From Acidimicrobiaceae bacterium (GTDB taxonomy: Bacteria > Actinomycetota > Acidimicrobiia > Acidimicrobiales > RAAP-2): DNA of 64,000 bases. Numbering within the stretch: position 1 is the stretch's first letter; every line of letters begins with the position of its first letter. Positions 17,941 to 26,892 of the stretch are shown piece by piece. The notes beneath the pieces were generated by a model. That model was given only the letters and a program-made list of their open reading frames with translations. It was not told the origin of the DNA and searched no databases. The position numbers and the translations under genes were made by a program. The stretch covers positions 45,562 through 109,561 of the forward strand of contig DAHVAJ010000109.1 in assembly GCA_027314705.1 (NCBI GenBank), read 5' to 3'.

Positions 17941-19515
17941 TCATCCTGTCACTTCGAGGGGGTCCTCGGCCTCGGCCCGTCGGCGCAGCCGGTCCTTGAT
18001 GACCTTCCCGGTGGCGTTGCGCGGCAGGTCGTCGACGACGTACCAGCGCCGGGGCACCTTGTAGCGGGCCAGGCGCTCGAGGGTGTGGGCCCGGAGGTCC
18101 TCGGCGGTGGTCCTGGCCCCGGGACGCAGGACCACGAAGGCGACGACGTCCTCACCGAGCACGGGATGGCCCACGCCCACCACCGAGACCTCGAGGACGG
18201 CGGGATGGGACTCGACCGCGTGCTCGACGTCGGTCGGGTGGATGTTGTTGCCCCCTCGGATGATGACGTCCTTGCTTCGACCGACGATGTAGAGGTAACC
18301 GTCCTCGTCGACCCGCCCGAGGTCGCCGGTGACCAGCCATCCGTCGACCCAGGTGCGGGCCGTGGCCTCGGGGTCGCCGTAGTACTCCCGTGGACGGCCC
18401 GGGATGCGCAGGCGAACCTGGCCCACGGTGCCGGCCTCGACGACCCGGCCCTCGTCGTCGGTGCAGACGATCTCGGCCGGAGGCACCGGTTTGCCCACCG
18501 AGCCCGGGCGCCGTACGGCTTCACCCGGTGGCATGAGGCAGTAGACCGATCCCGCCTCGGTCATCCCGTAGTTGTTGGAGACGAGGGCCTCGGGCAGTCG
18601 TTCCTGGAGCCGCTCGAGCACGGCGGGGGCGAGGGGGGCGCTGCCGACCGTGCAGACCTGCACCGAGGAGAGATCGGCCCCGGCGAAGCGCGGGTGGTCG
18701 AGGAGGAGCGTGGCCATGGCCGGCACCAGGAAGACCGACCCGGGGCGCTCCGACTCGACGGTGTCGATCCAGGTGCCGGCGTCGAAGACGGGCAGGTAGA
18801 TACCGGTGGAGCCGAGCTTCATGGGCGTGTAGGTGAAGGCCAGCCCGGCGAAGGTGTGCGCCGGGCTGGCGTGGAACCAGCCGTCTCCGCTCCAGGTCGG
18901 CCGGCGGAACGGCACCAGCGACGCGTTCTCGAAGCGCACGGCCACCGCCTTCGGGTGCCCGGTCGTGCCCGAGGTGTAGACGATGTCGGCCAGATCACCG
19001 GGCCGACGGGGGACCTGGGCGTAGTGAGCGTCGCCGGACAGGAGCTCGGACCACGGGCGCGTGCCCGCCGGGGCCGGCCCCGGGGCTCCGGCCAGCGGGT
19101 CGGCCCCCGGGCGGGCCGCCGGGGTGGCCACGAGGAGGCCGGGCCGCCCGCCGGCGTAGTGGGGGAGGGTTCCCGCTTCGACGACGGCCGCGGCCGGATC
19201 GGCGTGGGCCACCGTGCGCTCCACCTCCGGCCGGGTGAGCTCGGGGTTGAGGGGTATGGCCACGGCGCCGGCCCGGTGGATGGCGGCGTAGGACACCAGC
19301 CAGCGCAAGTGGTTGGCCGGGGCCAGGTGGAGGACGACACGGTCGCCGGGGGCGACGCCGGCCCCGGCGAGCCCGTTGGCCAGGCGGCTGGCGGCCTGGT
19401 CCCACCGGGCGAAGGTCATCGACCCCCCTCCGACGACGCGGTAGGCCGTCTCGCCCCCGAAGGTCCGAGCCATGGCGTGCAGCTGCTCGGGGGGCAGCAG
19501 GTACGGTTCGGTCAC
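17941..19515 (-). CDS. AMP-dependent acyl-CoA ligase
   Basis: Motifs: IVYTSGTTGHPKAV, YGMTEAG, GWLVTGDLGRVDEDGYLYIVGRSKDVIIRGGNNI, GKVIK. Start is uncertain: GTG 19513-19515 (VTEPYLL) was chosen, while the track start 19629 is a GTG further upstream. Confidence 0.85.
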   Translation of the reverse strand: MTEPYLLPPEQLHAMARTFGGETAYRVVGGGSMTFARWDQAASRLANGLAGAGVAPGDRVVLHLAPANHLRWLVSYAAIHRAGAVAIPLNPELTRPEVERTVAHADPAAAVVEAGTLPHYAGGRPGLLVATPAARPGADPLAGAPGPAPAGTRPWSELLSGDAHYAQVPRRPGDLADIVYTSGTTGHPKAVAVRFENASLVPFRRPTWSGDGWFHASPAHTFAGLAFTYTPMKLGSTGIYLPVFDAGTWIDTVESERPGSVFLVPAMATLLLDHPRFAGADLSSVQVCTVGSAPLAPAVLERLQERLPEALVSNNYGMTEAGSVYCLMPPGEAVRRPGSVGKPVPPAEIVCTDDEGRVVEAGTVGQVRLRIPGRPREYYGDPEATARTWVDGWLVTGDLGRVDEDGYLYIVGRSKDVIIRGGNNIHPTDVEHAVESHPAVLEVSVVGVGHPVLGEDVVAFVVLRPGARTTAEDLRAHTLERLARYKVPRRWYVVDDLPRNATGKVIKDRLRRRAEAEDPLEVTG

Positions 19516-19774
19516 GTCCCGTCGGCCCGGCAGGAGGGTGTCGCGCGCCGGGATCCCCCCCGTGCCATGGGTGCATGGCGGGTCATGGCTCCCCCTTCGT
19601 GTGCCGGGAGTCGCGATCGGCCCGGTCACCGGGCCGCAGCATGGCTCATGCGGTGCACGGGGTCAATCCCCGGCGTCCGTCGCGGCCGCGGTCGGCCGCC
19701 GGGCGCGCCGGCAGGGCCGGCGGTAGCATCGCCGGGTCCGCCGGCCTGGCCCCGGCCCGTCTGAGGAGGACCCC

Positions 19775-20422
19775 ATGCCCCGTTCCGTGGAGGACGCTCC
19801 GACCGCCGTGCTGGCCGCGGCCAAGGACATGCTGGCCAAGGGGCTGGTCGAGGGCACCGCCGGCAACCTCTCCGCTCGTCAGGCCGACGGCACGGTCTGC
19901 GTCACCCCGTCGTCGGTGGACTACGGCGACATGGTGCTGGAGGACCTCGTGGTGGTGGACCTCGACGGCACCGTCGTCTCGGGGGAGCGGCCTCCGTCCT
20001 CCGAGCTCCCGCTCCATCTGGCCGTCTACCGGGCCTTCGACGACGTCGGTTCGGTCATCCACTCCCATCCGGTCCACGCCACCATGTTCGCCGTGGCCCG
20101 TCTGCCCATCCCGTCGTGCATCGACGAGTTCACGGTCTACGTCGGAGGCGACGTGCGGGTGACCGAGTACGCGATGAGCGGCGGCAAGCACGTCGGCACC
20201 AACGCGGTGGCCGCCCTCGAGGGACGGGGGGCCGCCCTCATCGCCAACCACGGCCTGGTGGCCGTCGGCCCGACGCCGTCCAAGGCCCTCCACATCACCG
20301 CGCTGGTGGAGCGGAGCGCCTTCATCATCTGGGGCGCCCGCCTGCTCGGTGAGATCCATCACCTGCCCGAGAAGGTCGACCGCCAATTCGCCGGCGTCTA
20401 CGAGTTCATGAGACAGAACTGA
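19775..20422 (+). CDS. Class II aldolase/adducin-domain protein (fuculose-1-P aldolase / decarboxylase superfamily)
   Basis: 215 aa. GAGGAGG lies upstream of the ATG. Motifs: GTAGNLSAR, SSELPLHLAVY, VIHSHPVHAT, LIANHGLVAVG. Confidence 0.88.
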   Translation: MPRSVEDAPTAVLAAAKDMLAKGLVEGTAGNLSARQADGTVCVTPSSVDYGDMVLEDLVVVDLDGTVVSGERPPSSELPLHLAVYRAFDDVGSVIHSHPVHATMFAVARLPIPSCIDEFTVYVGGDVRVTEYAMSGGKHVGTNAVAALEGRGAALIANHGLVAVGPTPSKALHITALVERSAFIIWGARLLGEIHHLPEKVDRQFAGVYEFMRQN

Positions 20423-20928
20423 TGCACCCGCACCCCGGCACGGTGGAGGAGGGGGGCCGGGTGCGGGCCCGCCTGGCCGACCTCGGCCTGCGCCTTCCCG
20501 GTCCCCACCCGCCGCACGACCCGCTCGACGCCGTGGTCGTCCACGGAGGCGTGGCTCGCACCTCGGGCCAGCTGCCGCGCATCGACGGGGTCCTGACCTG
20601 CTGCGGCACGCTCGGATCCGACGTCTCGGTCGAAGCGGGCACGGAGGCGGCCGCGGTGTGCGCCTTGAACGCGCTGGCGGTGCTCGAGGCCGCCCTCGGC
20701 TCGCTCGACCGGGTGGAACGGGTGCTCTCCGTGACCGGGTACGTGGCCTCGACCAACGACTTCCATCGTCAGCCCGAGGTGGTCGACGGGGCCAGTGCTG
20801 TTCTGTCGCGCGTGTTCGGGGCGGCCGGTCGGCACACGCGCTCGGCTGTCGGAGTGGCGGCCCTGCCCCGCGGCGGAGCGGTCGAGATCGAGGTGACGGT
20901 GGCCGTCGGCGCCGGGGTGGGTCGGTGA
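20422..20928 (+). CDS. RidA/YjgF/UK114 family protein
   Basis: 168 aa. The ATG shares one nt with the aldolase TGA stop (TGATG). Motifs: TSGQLP, VERVLSVTGYV, RSAVGVAALPRGGAVEIEV. Confidence 0.8.
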   Translation: MHPHPGTVEEGGRVRARLADLGLRLPGPHPPHDPLDAVVVHGGVARTSGQLPRIDGVLTCCGTLGSDVSVEAGTEAAAVCALNALAVLEAALGSLDRVERVLSVTGYVASTNDFHRQPEVVDGASAVLSRVFGAAGRHTRSAVGVAALPRGGAVEIEVTVAVGAGVGR

Positions 20929-21569
20929 TCGACGGGGAGCGGGAGGCGGTGGCCGCCGCGCTCGCCGGCCTCGGGACGGCCACCCTCGGCGAGTCGGGCG
21001 CCCGATTGCTGCCTCCCAGGATCCGGCCGGTGTGGCCCGGCGCCGCCCTGGCCGCCCCGGCCTACCCGGTCCGGTGCACCCCGGGCGACAACCTCGCCAT
21101 CCACGTGGCGGTGGCCCGGGCCCCGGTCGGCTCCGTCCTCGTGGTCGACGTCGGCGACGTGCCCGAGCGAGGCTACTGGGGCGAGGTCCTCACCACCGCG
21201 GCCGCGGCCCGCGGGCTCGGCGGTCTGGTCATCGACGGCGGGGTGCGGGACGTGGACGCCCTGGCCCGTCGGGGCTTCCCGGTCTTCTCCCACGGGATCG
21301 CGCTCCGGGGGGCCACCAAGACCTCCCCCGGCGCGGCCGGGCTCGCGGCCACCGTGGCCGGGGTGGCGGTGGCGCCGGGTGACTGGGTGGTGGGGGACGC
21401 CGACGGGGTGGTCGTCGTCCCGGGCGCGTCGCTCGGGGTGGTGAGCGCCGCCGGTCGGGCGCGGGCCGACGCCGAGGAGGGGTACTTCTCGGCCCTCGAC
21501 GGCGGGACCACCACGGTCGAGCTCCTCGGCCTGGATGTCTCGACGGTGGAGCTCGGCGGACCGGCGTGA
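20925..21569 (+). CDS. RraA-like protein (RraA / 4-hydroxy-4-methyl-2-oxoglutarate aldolase family)
   Basis: GTG 20925 overlaps the RidA stop (GTGA). Motifs: GDNLAIHVAVARAPVGSVLVVDVG, YWGEVLTTAAAARGLGGLVIDGGVRD, FPVFSHGIALRG. Confidence 0.85.
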   Translation: MIDGEREAVAAALAGLGTATLGESGARLLPPRIRPVWPGAALAAPAYPVRCTPGDNLAIHVAVARAPVGSVLVVDVGDVPERGYWGEVLTTAAAARGLGGLVIDGGVRDVDALARRGFPVFSHGIALRGATKTSPGAAGLAATVAGVAVAPGDWVVGDADGVVVVPGASLGVVSAAGRARADAEEGYFSALDGGTTTVELLGLDVSTVELGGPA

Positions 21570-21578
21570 GCGACCGGT

Positions 21579-21962
21579 TCAGTGCGTGGTGTAGTTGACG
21601 GGTCCGGCGCCGGGTACGCCGATGGCGAAGCAGAAGCACCGGATCGGTGCGTGGTCGGTGACCGGCCGCAGGCTGTGCACCGTGTCGGGCGGTATGTGGA
21701 CGAGGTCGCCCTGGCCGATGACGCGGTCCTCCCCGGCGATGGTCATGACCCCCCGACCCCGGAGCACGTAGTAGAACTCGTGCGTCGGGTGCGCATGGGG
21801 GTCGACGTGGCCGCCCCCGGCGACCTCGAACTCGTTCACGAGCTCGAGGAACCCGCCGTCGGTCAGGTCCTTCATCTCCCGTGCGTCGACCATCCACCAC
21901 ACGGGGACCGTGCCGTTGTGCTCGACCACGGGGGCGACGTCTTCGATGTTGCGCACGTCCAT
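21579..21962 (-). CDS. Cupin-domain protein
   Basis: 127 aa from ATG 21960-21962 (MDVRNIEDV), with GAAAGGA upstream. Cupin motifs: GGGHVDPHAHPTHEFYYVLRGRG and GDLVHIPPDTVHSL. Confidence 0.8.
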   Translation of the reverse strand: MDVRNIEDVAPVVEHNGTVPVWWMVDAREMKDLTDGGFLELVNEFEVAGGGHVDPHAHPTHEFYYVLRGRGVMTIAGEDRVIGQGDLVHIPPDTVHSLRPVTDHAPIRCFCFAIGVPGAGPVNYTTH

Positions 21963-22051
21963 AGCGGTGTGGTGTCCTTTCTGTGACCGGGGCTGCCGCG
22001 GAGCGACGGCCCGTTGGCCGGCGGCACCGGCAGCCCAGGGGAGGCGGGCAC

Positions 22052-22558
22052 GTGGGTACGACGTTGCGCAGGATTGTACCGAGTCCGCCTGCACCGGACA
22101 CCTGGGCCCCCTTCGGCTGGCTGCCCGTGGCCGACACCGATCCCCGCGACGGCGACCAGACCCTGGCGTTCGACTGGGGCGACCCCCACCTCAATCGGAT
22201 CGGCCACCGCCGGGACGAGGTGAGGGCCACCGCGTCGGGCCTTCGGTGCGAGGAGCTCTACCGGCACGCCACCCACACCCAGGTCCTCGTGCCGCTGGAC
22301 GCGGCCTCGGTGGTCGTGGTCGGGGCCCCGGGCCTCGAGCTCACCTCGCCGGCCGACGCCGACGCCCTCCGCGCCTTCCTGCTCGGTCCCCTGACCGCCG
22401 TCGTCCTGCACCGTGGGACGTGGCACTGGGGCCCGTTCCCGGTGGCAGCGGCGTCGGTCGACCTCCTGAACGTCCAGGGTCGCCGGTACCTCGAGGACAA
22501 CGAACGGGTCGACCTGGCCGCCCTCGGGGCCGCCCTCGAGGTGGCCCTGGACGGGTGA
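22052..22558 (+). CDS. Ureidoglycolate lyase (AllA, PF04115)-like protein
   Basis: 168 aa from GTG 22052, with GGGGAGG 8 nt upstream. WAPFGWL, ELYRHATHTQVLVPL and LRAFLL....VVLHRGTWHWGPF parallel the AllA motifs FxxYG, ERHPLGTQAFIP and RAF...NYHRNVWHHPL as I recall them. Confidence 0.7.
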   Translation: MGTTLRRIVPSPPAPDTWAPFGWLPVADTDPRDGDQTLAFDWGDPHLNRIGHRRDEVRATASGLRCEELYRHATHTQVLVPLDAASVVVVGAPGLELTSPADADALRAFLLGPLTAVVLHRGTWHWGPFPVAAASVDLLNVQGRRYLEDNERVDLAALGAALEVALDG

Positions 22559-22598
22559 GGCCGACCGGTGCCGGCGGGGTATGGCCGCGCTCGGCCGA

Positions 22599-22628
22599 TT
22601 GACTTCTGTAGAGTCCGTACCGTAAGAA
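22599..22628 (+). promoter_or_regulatory. Candidate promoter upstream of the ABC importer genes: TTGACT -18 nt- TAAGAA (an alternative -10, TAGAGT, lies at 22609-22614)
   Basis: This is the only clearly AT-richer island between the allA-like gene and the binding-protein gene: gaTTGACTtctgTAGAGTccgtaccgTAAGAActgac. Confidence 0.35.
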
Positions 22629-22706
22629 CTGACATCGGTGAGGCAACGCGGGGGAGGGTCGCCACGTGGCGGACCGGCGTCGCCCACGGGACGGGATGAT
22701 GGTGAC

Positions 22707-24050
22707 ATGAGGGCACGCCGGGGGAGCTGGGGAGGGCCGGCCCTTGCGGCCGTCGTCGTGGCGTTGGTGGCCACCGGATGCTCGTCGGGCGCCAGCTCGT
22801 CGACGACCACCACCAGGGCACCGTCGACCTCGACGGCCGTCGCCGGGACCAGCTCGGCCGCACCCGGCGTGACCGCCACCCAGATCACCATCGGAGCCAT
22901 CGAGTCGAAGACGGGCCCGTTGGCGGGGTACTTCAACGGGCTGGGCCCCGGGATGAACGCCTACTTCCAGATGATCGACGCCCAGGGCGGGATCAACGGC
23001 CGAAAGCTCGTGCTGGCCTACGACCTCGACGACGGGGGCCAACCCAGCCAGTACACCCAGCAGGTGCACACCCTGATCGACCAGGACCACGTGTTCGCCG
23101 TGGGCGCGGCCTCCGTCTGGTTCACCCCCAACTACTTCGTGGCCACCAAGACCCCCACCTACGGGTACAACGTCTCGTCCAACTGGCAGGGCGCCCCGAA
23201 CCTCTTCGCGGCCGGCGGGTCGACCCAGATCTATTCGACGGGGGTCCCGACGCTCGCCTACTTCATCAAGAAGACCAACTCCAAGTCCATCGCCATCATC
23301 AGCTACGGCCAGTCCATCGCCGCCTCCTACGACGCCTGCAACACCTACCAGAAGCTGCTCAAGCAGGCGGGGTACAACGTCAGCTTCGTGGACGTGGGGG
23401 CCCAGCTCGGCGGGAGCTACTCGTCCGATGTCCAGCGCATGCAACAGGCCGGCGCCGACATGGTCTTCAGCTGCATGCAGGCCTCCGACAACATCACGCT
23501 CTCCCGGGATATCCAGCAGTACGGGCTCAAGACCAAGCAGCTCTGGGTGAACGGCTACGACCAGACCCTGCTCGACCAGTACCAGGGCGTGATGCAGGGC
23601 GTGTACCTCGACAACACGGGGACCCTCCCCTTCGAGGCCGCCGACACGGCGAAGTTCGGCAACACCTACAGCGGCATGCAGCAGTACATCGCCGCCATGA
23701 AGAAGTACGAGCCGGCCTTCACCTACAACGGCGTGGCACTCCAGGGATGGCAGTCGGCGGCCCTCATCGCCGCCGGCGTCCGGGCCGCGGGCGCCGACCT
23801 GACCCAGGCCAACGTGATCGCCCAGACCAACAAGATCACCGACTTCAACGGCGCCGGGGTGTCGGCGCCGGTCAACTGGACCGTCGTGCACACGGGCGCC
23901 ACCCTGCCCAACTGCAGCGCCTTCGTCCAGGTCCAGGGCGACTCCTTCGTCCCGGTGTTCGGCCAGGGGAAGCAGATCTTCGTCTGCCTCGGTGCCAGCG
24001 TGAAGAACCCGGTGCCGGTGACGCCCCCCCCGGGCACGCCCGGGGCGTGA
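22707..24050 (+). CDS. ABC transporter substrate-binding lipoprotein, branched-chain amino acid (LivJ/Leu-Ile-Val) type
   Basis: ATG 22707 (MRARRGSWGGPALAAVVVALVATGCSS) gives a signal peptide plus a lipobox (L-V-A-T-G-C). ITIGAIESKTGPLAGY and INGRKLVLAYDLDDGG are typical of PBP type I. Confidence 0.88.
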   Translation: MRARRGSWGGPALAAVVVALVATGCSSGASSSTTTTRAPSTSTAVAGTSSAAPGVTATQITIGAIESKTGPLAGYFNGLGPGMNAYFQMIDAQGGINGRKLVLAYDLDDGGQPSQYTQQVHTLIDQDHVFAVGAASVWFTPNYFVATKTPTYGYNVSSNWQGAPNLFAAGGSTQIYSTGVPTLAYFIKKTNSKSIAIISYGQSIAASYDACNTYQKLLKQAGYNVSFVDVGAQLGGSYSSDVQRMQQAGADMVFSCMQASDNITLSRDIQQYGLKTKQLWVNGYDQTLLDQYQGVMQGVYLDNTGTLPFEAADTAKFGNTYSGMQQYIAAMKKYEPAFTYNGVALQGWQSAALIAAGVRAAGADLTQANVIAQTNKITDFNGAGVSAPVNWTVVHTGATLPNCSAFVQVQGDSFVPVFGQGKQIFVCLGASVKNPVPVTPPPGTPGA

Positions 24051-24089
24051 GCCGGGCCGCCGACCCGGTCCGGTAGGAGGGGGCCCGGC

Positions 24090-26123
24090 GTGGAGCACTT
24101 CCTGGGCTTCGCCGTCCCCGGCATCCCCTACGGCTGCACGTACGCCATCGTGGCCGTGGGGCTGGTCCTCAACTACCAGGCCACCGGCGTGTTCAACTTC
24201 GCCTACGGGGCCCAGGCCTACATCTCGGCCTACTGCTTCACCCGCCTCGTCCAGGGGGCCGGGCTCCCGACCGGTGTGGCCTTCCTCCTGTCGGTGGTCG
24301 TCCTCGCCCCCCTCTTCGGCCTGGCCCTGGACCGCTTCCTCTTCTCCAAGATCGCCGCGGCCAACACCACGGCCAAGCTGGTCACCGGCATCAGCCTGTT
24401 CGTGGGGATCCCCGCCGTCCTCTCGGTGCTGTTCGGGAACGCCAACATCTACAATCCGCCGAGCATCCTCTTCAACCCGAACACGGTCTACTTCCGCCTG
24501 GCCGGGACGCCGGTCAACGGCATCGACCTGACCACGGTCCTGGCCACGGTGGTGGTGCTGGTGGCCCTGGTCGTCCTCCTGCGCCTGACCAACCTCGGCC
24601 TCCAGATGCGGGGTGCGGTCGAGAGCCGGCGCCTGATCGAGCTCGACGGGGTCAACGCCGGACGGGTGGTGGCGGTGGCCTGGGCCGTCTCGGGGTTCAT
24701 GGCCGGCCTCGCCGGGGTCCTGCTCGCTCCGATCTACGGGCAGCTCCAGTTCAGCGACTACACCGCCCTCATGGTGGCCGCCTTCGCCGCCGCCGCCTGG
24801 GCCGTCCTCCGCTCCCTGGTGGCGGCCGCCGCCGTCGGGGTGGCCATGGGCGTGGTCACCACGACCCTCCAGGGGTACCTGCCGGTCAACAGCCTGTGGT
24901 CCTCGGCGTTGTTCACCTCGCTGCCCTTCATCGTCCTGCTCGTGGCCCTCCTGGTCGTCCCCGGGCTCCGGCGCCTGGACCGGGCCAAGGACCCGCTGGC
25001 GTCGGTCGACCCGCCCACCCCGCCGTCGGCCGCCTCGCTCCGGGCCCCCCAGATGGACCGGATCATCCGCCCCCTGTGGTACCTGCTCCTGGTGGCCTTC
25101 GTCATCTCCATGCTCACCTGGCTGCCGACGACCTGGGAGAACGTCTTCAACGCCGGGCTGGTCTTCTCGACCATCTTCCTCTCCATCACCCTCATCACCG
25201 GCATGGGCGGACAGCTCTCCCTGGCCCAGGCCACGTTGGCCGGCGTCGGCGCCTTCACCGCCGCCCAGGTCGCCACCCACCTCGGGCTCGGACTCCTCGT
25301 CGGAGGGCTGGTGGGTTCGGTGACCGCGGCGTTGGTGGCCGTCGTGCTGGCCGTGGCTTCGGTTCGGCTCCGAGGGCTCGGCCTCGCCCTCATGACCCTG
25401 GCCGCGGCACTGTTCTTCGACAACACGGTGTTCCCCCAGCTCCTCGGCAGCGCCGCCGGCCAGAGCATCGACGTGCGCACCTCGTGGGTGCCGTCCCTGC
25501 TCCTCAATCCCGACGGCCACGCCTTCTTCGTGCTGGCCTTCGCGGTGCTGCTCGTCTGCGTGGCCACCGTCCAGCTGGTCAAGCGGGGGACCACCGGGCG
25601 GTTCCTCGCCGCCATGCGGGGCAGCGAGACGGCCGCCTCCGGCATGGGCATCAACCTGACCTGGCAGCACCTGGTCGTCTTCGCCCTGGCCGGCGCGGTG
25701 GCCGGGCTCGGCGGGACCCTCCAGGTCATCCAGCAACAGGCCGTGAGCCCGGCCCTCTTCAACTACGAGCTCTCCTTGGTCTACGTGGTGATCGTGGTCA
25801 CGACGGGTGCCGGAACCGTCGAGGGGGCGTTGCAGGCCGGATTCGGATTCGTCGTCCTCCAGCAGCTCCTCACCTACGTGCCCGCCCGGCTCGGTGGCGA
25901 CAGCCTGGTCGTGGTGTTCTTCGCCTTTGGCGCCCTCACCTACGCCGCCCACCCCGAGGGCATCCTCGAGTTCCAGAAGCGGCGGTGGACGGCCCGGTTC
26001 GAGCGCCTGTTCTTCGGCCCGGAGACTCCGGCGACCCCGGGGCCCGGCGGCCGGGCGCCGTTGGCACCGGCCGTGGCCTCGACCACCGACGGTGCGCTGT
26101 CGTCCGGTGCGGACAGTGCCTGA
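24090..26123 (+). CDS. Fused LivH-LivM type ABC permease
   Basis: 677 aa with GTG start. First ~290 aa are LivH-like (GIPYGCTYAIVAVGLVLNYQATGVFNFAYGAQ). The second half is LivM-like (ITGMGGQLSLAQATLAGVGAFTAAQ). Multiple hydrophobic spans throughout. Confidence 0.88.
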   Translation: MEHFLGFAVPGIPYGCTYAIVAVGLVLNYQATGVFNFAYGAQAYISAYCFTRLVQGAGLPTGVAFLLSVVVLAPLFGLALDRFLFSKIAAANTTAKLVTGISLFVGIPAVLSVLFGNANIYNPPSILFNPNTVYFRLAGTPVNGIDLTTVLATVVVLVALVVLLRLTNLGLQMRGAVESRRLIELDGVNAGRVVAVAWAVSGFMAGLAGVLLAPIYGQLQFSDYTALMVAAFAAAAWAVLRSLVAAAAVGVAMGVVTTTLQGYLPVNSLWSSALFTSLPFIVLLVALLVVPGLRRLDRAKDPLASVDPPTPPSAASLRAPQMDRIIRPLWYLLLVAFVISMLTWLPTTWENVFNAGLVFSTIFLSITLITGMGGQLSLAQATLAGVGAFTAAQVATHLGLGLLVGGLVGSVTAALVAVVLAVASVRLRGLGLALMTLAAALFFDNTVFPQLLGSAAGQSIDVRTSWVPSLLLNPDGHAFFVLAFAVLLVCVATVQLVKRGTTGRFLAAMRGSETAASGMGINLTWQHLVVFALAGAVAGLGGTLQVIQQQAVSPALFNYELSLVYVVIVVTTGAGTVEGALQAGFGFVVLQQLLTYVPARLGGDSLVVVFFAFGALTYAAHPEGILEFQKRRWTARFERLFFGPETPATPGPGGRAPLAPAVASTTDGALSSGADSA

Positions 26124-26892
26124 CCGCCCGGACGGCCCCTTGCTCACCGTGGCCGGGGTGTCGAAGACCTTCGGCGGGATCGCCGCCGTGAGCGATGTCC
26201 ATCTCGCCGTGGCACGCGGCGAGAGCGTCGGACTGGTCGGTCCCAACGGCGCGGGCAAGACCACCCTCTTCAACTGCATCTGCGGCCAGCTCCGCCCGGA
26301 CGGCGGCCGCATCGAGCTGGACGGGGAGGACCTGCTCGACCTGTCCACCTACCGCCGAGCCCGGCGGGGCCTGGGCCGCACGTACCAGCGCATCGAGGTC
26401 TTCCCGGACATGACCGTGCGCGACCACCTGGTCGTCGCCCTGCGGGCCCGGTGGCGTAGCGGCCGCCTGTGGCGCGACCTCTGCAACCTGGCCCGGCCGA
26501 CCGCGGCCGAGCGCGACCAGGTGGACACCGTCCTCGGCCTGGTCGGCATCGATGACCGGGCCGACTCCCCGGTGTCGGCCCTGGGGCTCGGCTCGTGCCG
26601 GCTGGTGGAGCTGGCCCGGGCCCTCGTCACCGACCCGGTCCTGCTCCTGGCCGACGAGCCGTCCTCGGGCCTCGACGTCCGGGAGACGGACGACCTCGCC
26701 CAGGTGCTGCGCAGTCTCCAGCGGGAGCGAGGCATGGCCGTCCTCCTCGTCGAGCACGACCTCGACATGGTGGGCGGGGTCGTGGATCGCGCCGTCGTGA
26801 TGGACCTCGGAACGGTCATCGCGGAGGGACCCTTCGACGAGGTCATGGCCACTCCGGCCGTGCGCCGGGCCTACCTCGGGGTCGACACGTGA
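26116..26892 (+). CDS. ABC transporter ATP-binding protein (LivG-like)
   Basis: GTG 26116 overlaps the permease 3' end by 8 nt. Walker A GPNGAGKTTLF, Walker B LLLADEPSSGLD, H-loop region LLVEHDLDMV. Confidence 0.88.
   Translation: MPDRPDGPLLTVAGVSKTFGGIAAVSDVHLAVARGESVGLVGPNGAGKTTLFNCICGQLRPDGGRIELDGEDLLDLSTYRRARRGLGRTYQRIEVFPDMTVRDHLVVALRARWRSGRLWRDLCNLARPTAAERDQVDTVLGLVGIDDRADSPVSALGLGSCRLVELARALVTDPVLLLADEPSSGLDVRETDDLAQVLRSLQRERGMAVLLVEHDLDMVGGVVDRAVVMDLGTVIAEGPFDEVMATPAVRRAYLGVDT

Noticed and set aside
22707-24050. Horizontal-transfer origin of the binding-protein gene, based on its Q/N/Y/K/T-rich, visibly less GC-rich coding sequence
   Set aside because: The composition fits that of secreted solute-binding proteins in general. 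Flanking genes overlap it normally, and no mobility genes or repeats border it. The evidence for transfer is insufficient.
22341-26348. 1335-aa minus-strand ORF, the longest in the track
   Set aside because: It lies antisense to the well-supported allA-like, binding-protein and fused permease genes. The product is Arg/Gly/Pro/His-rich low-complexity with no recognisable motif. This is the typical open antisense frame of a very GC-rich genome.
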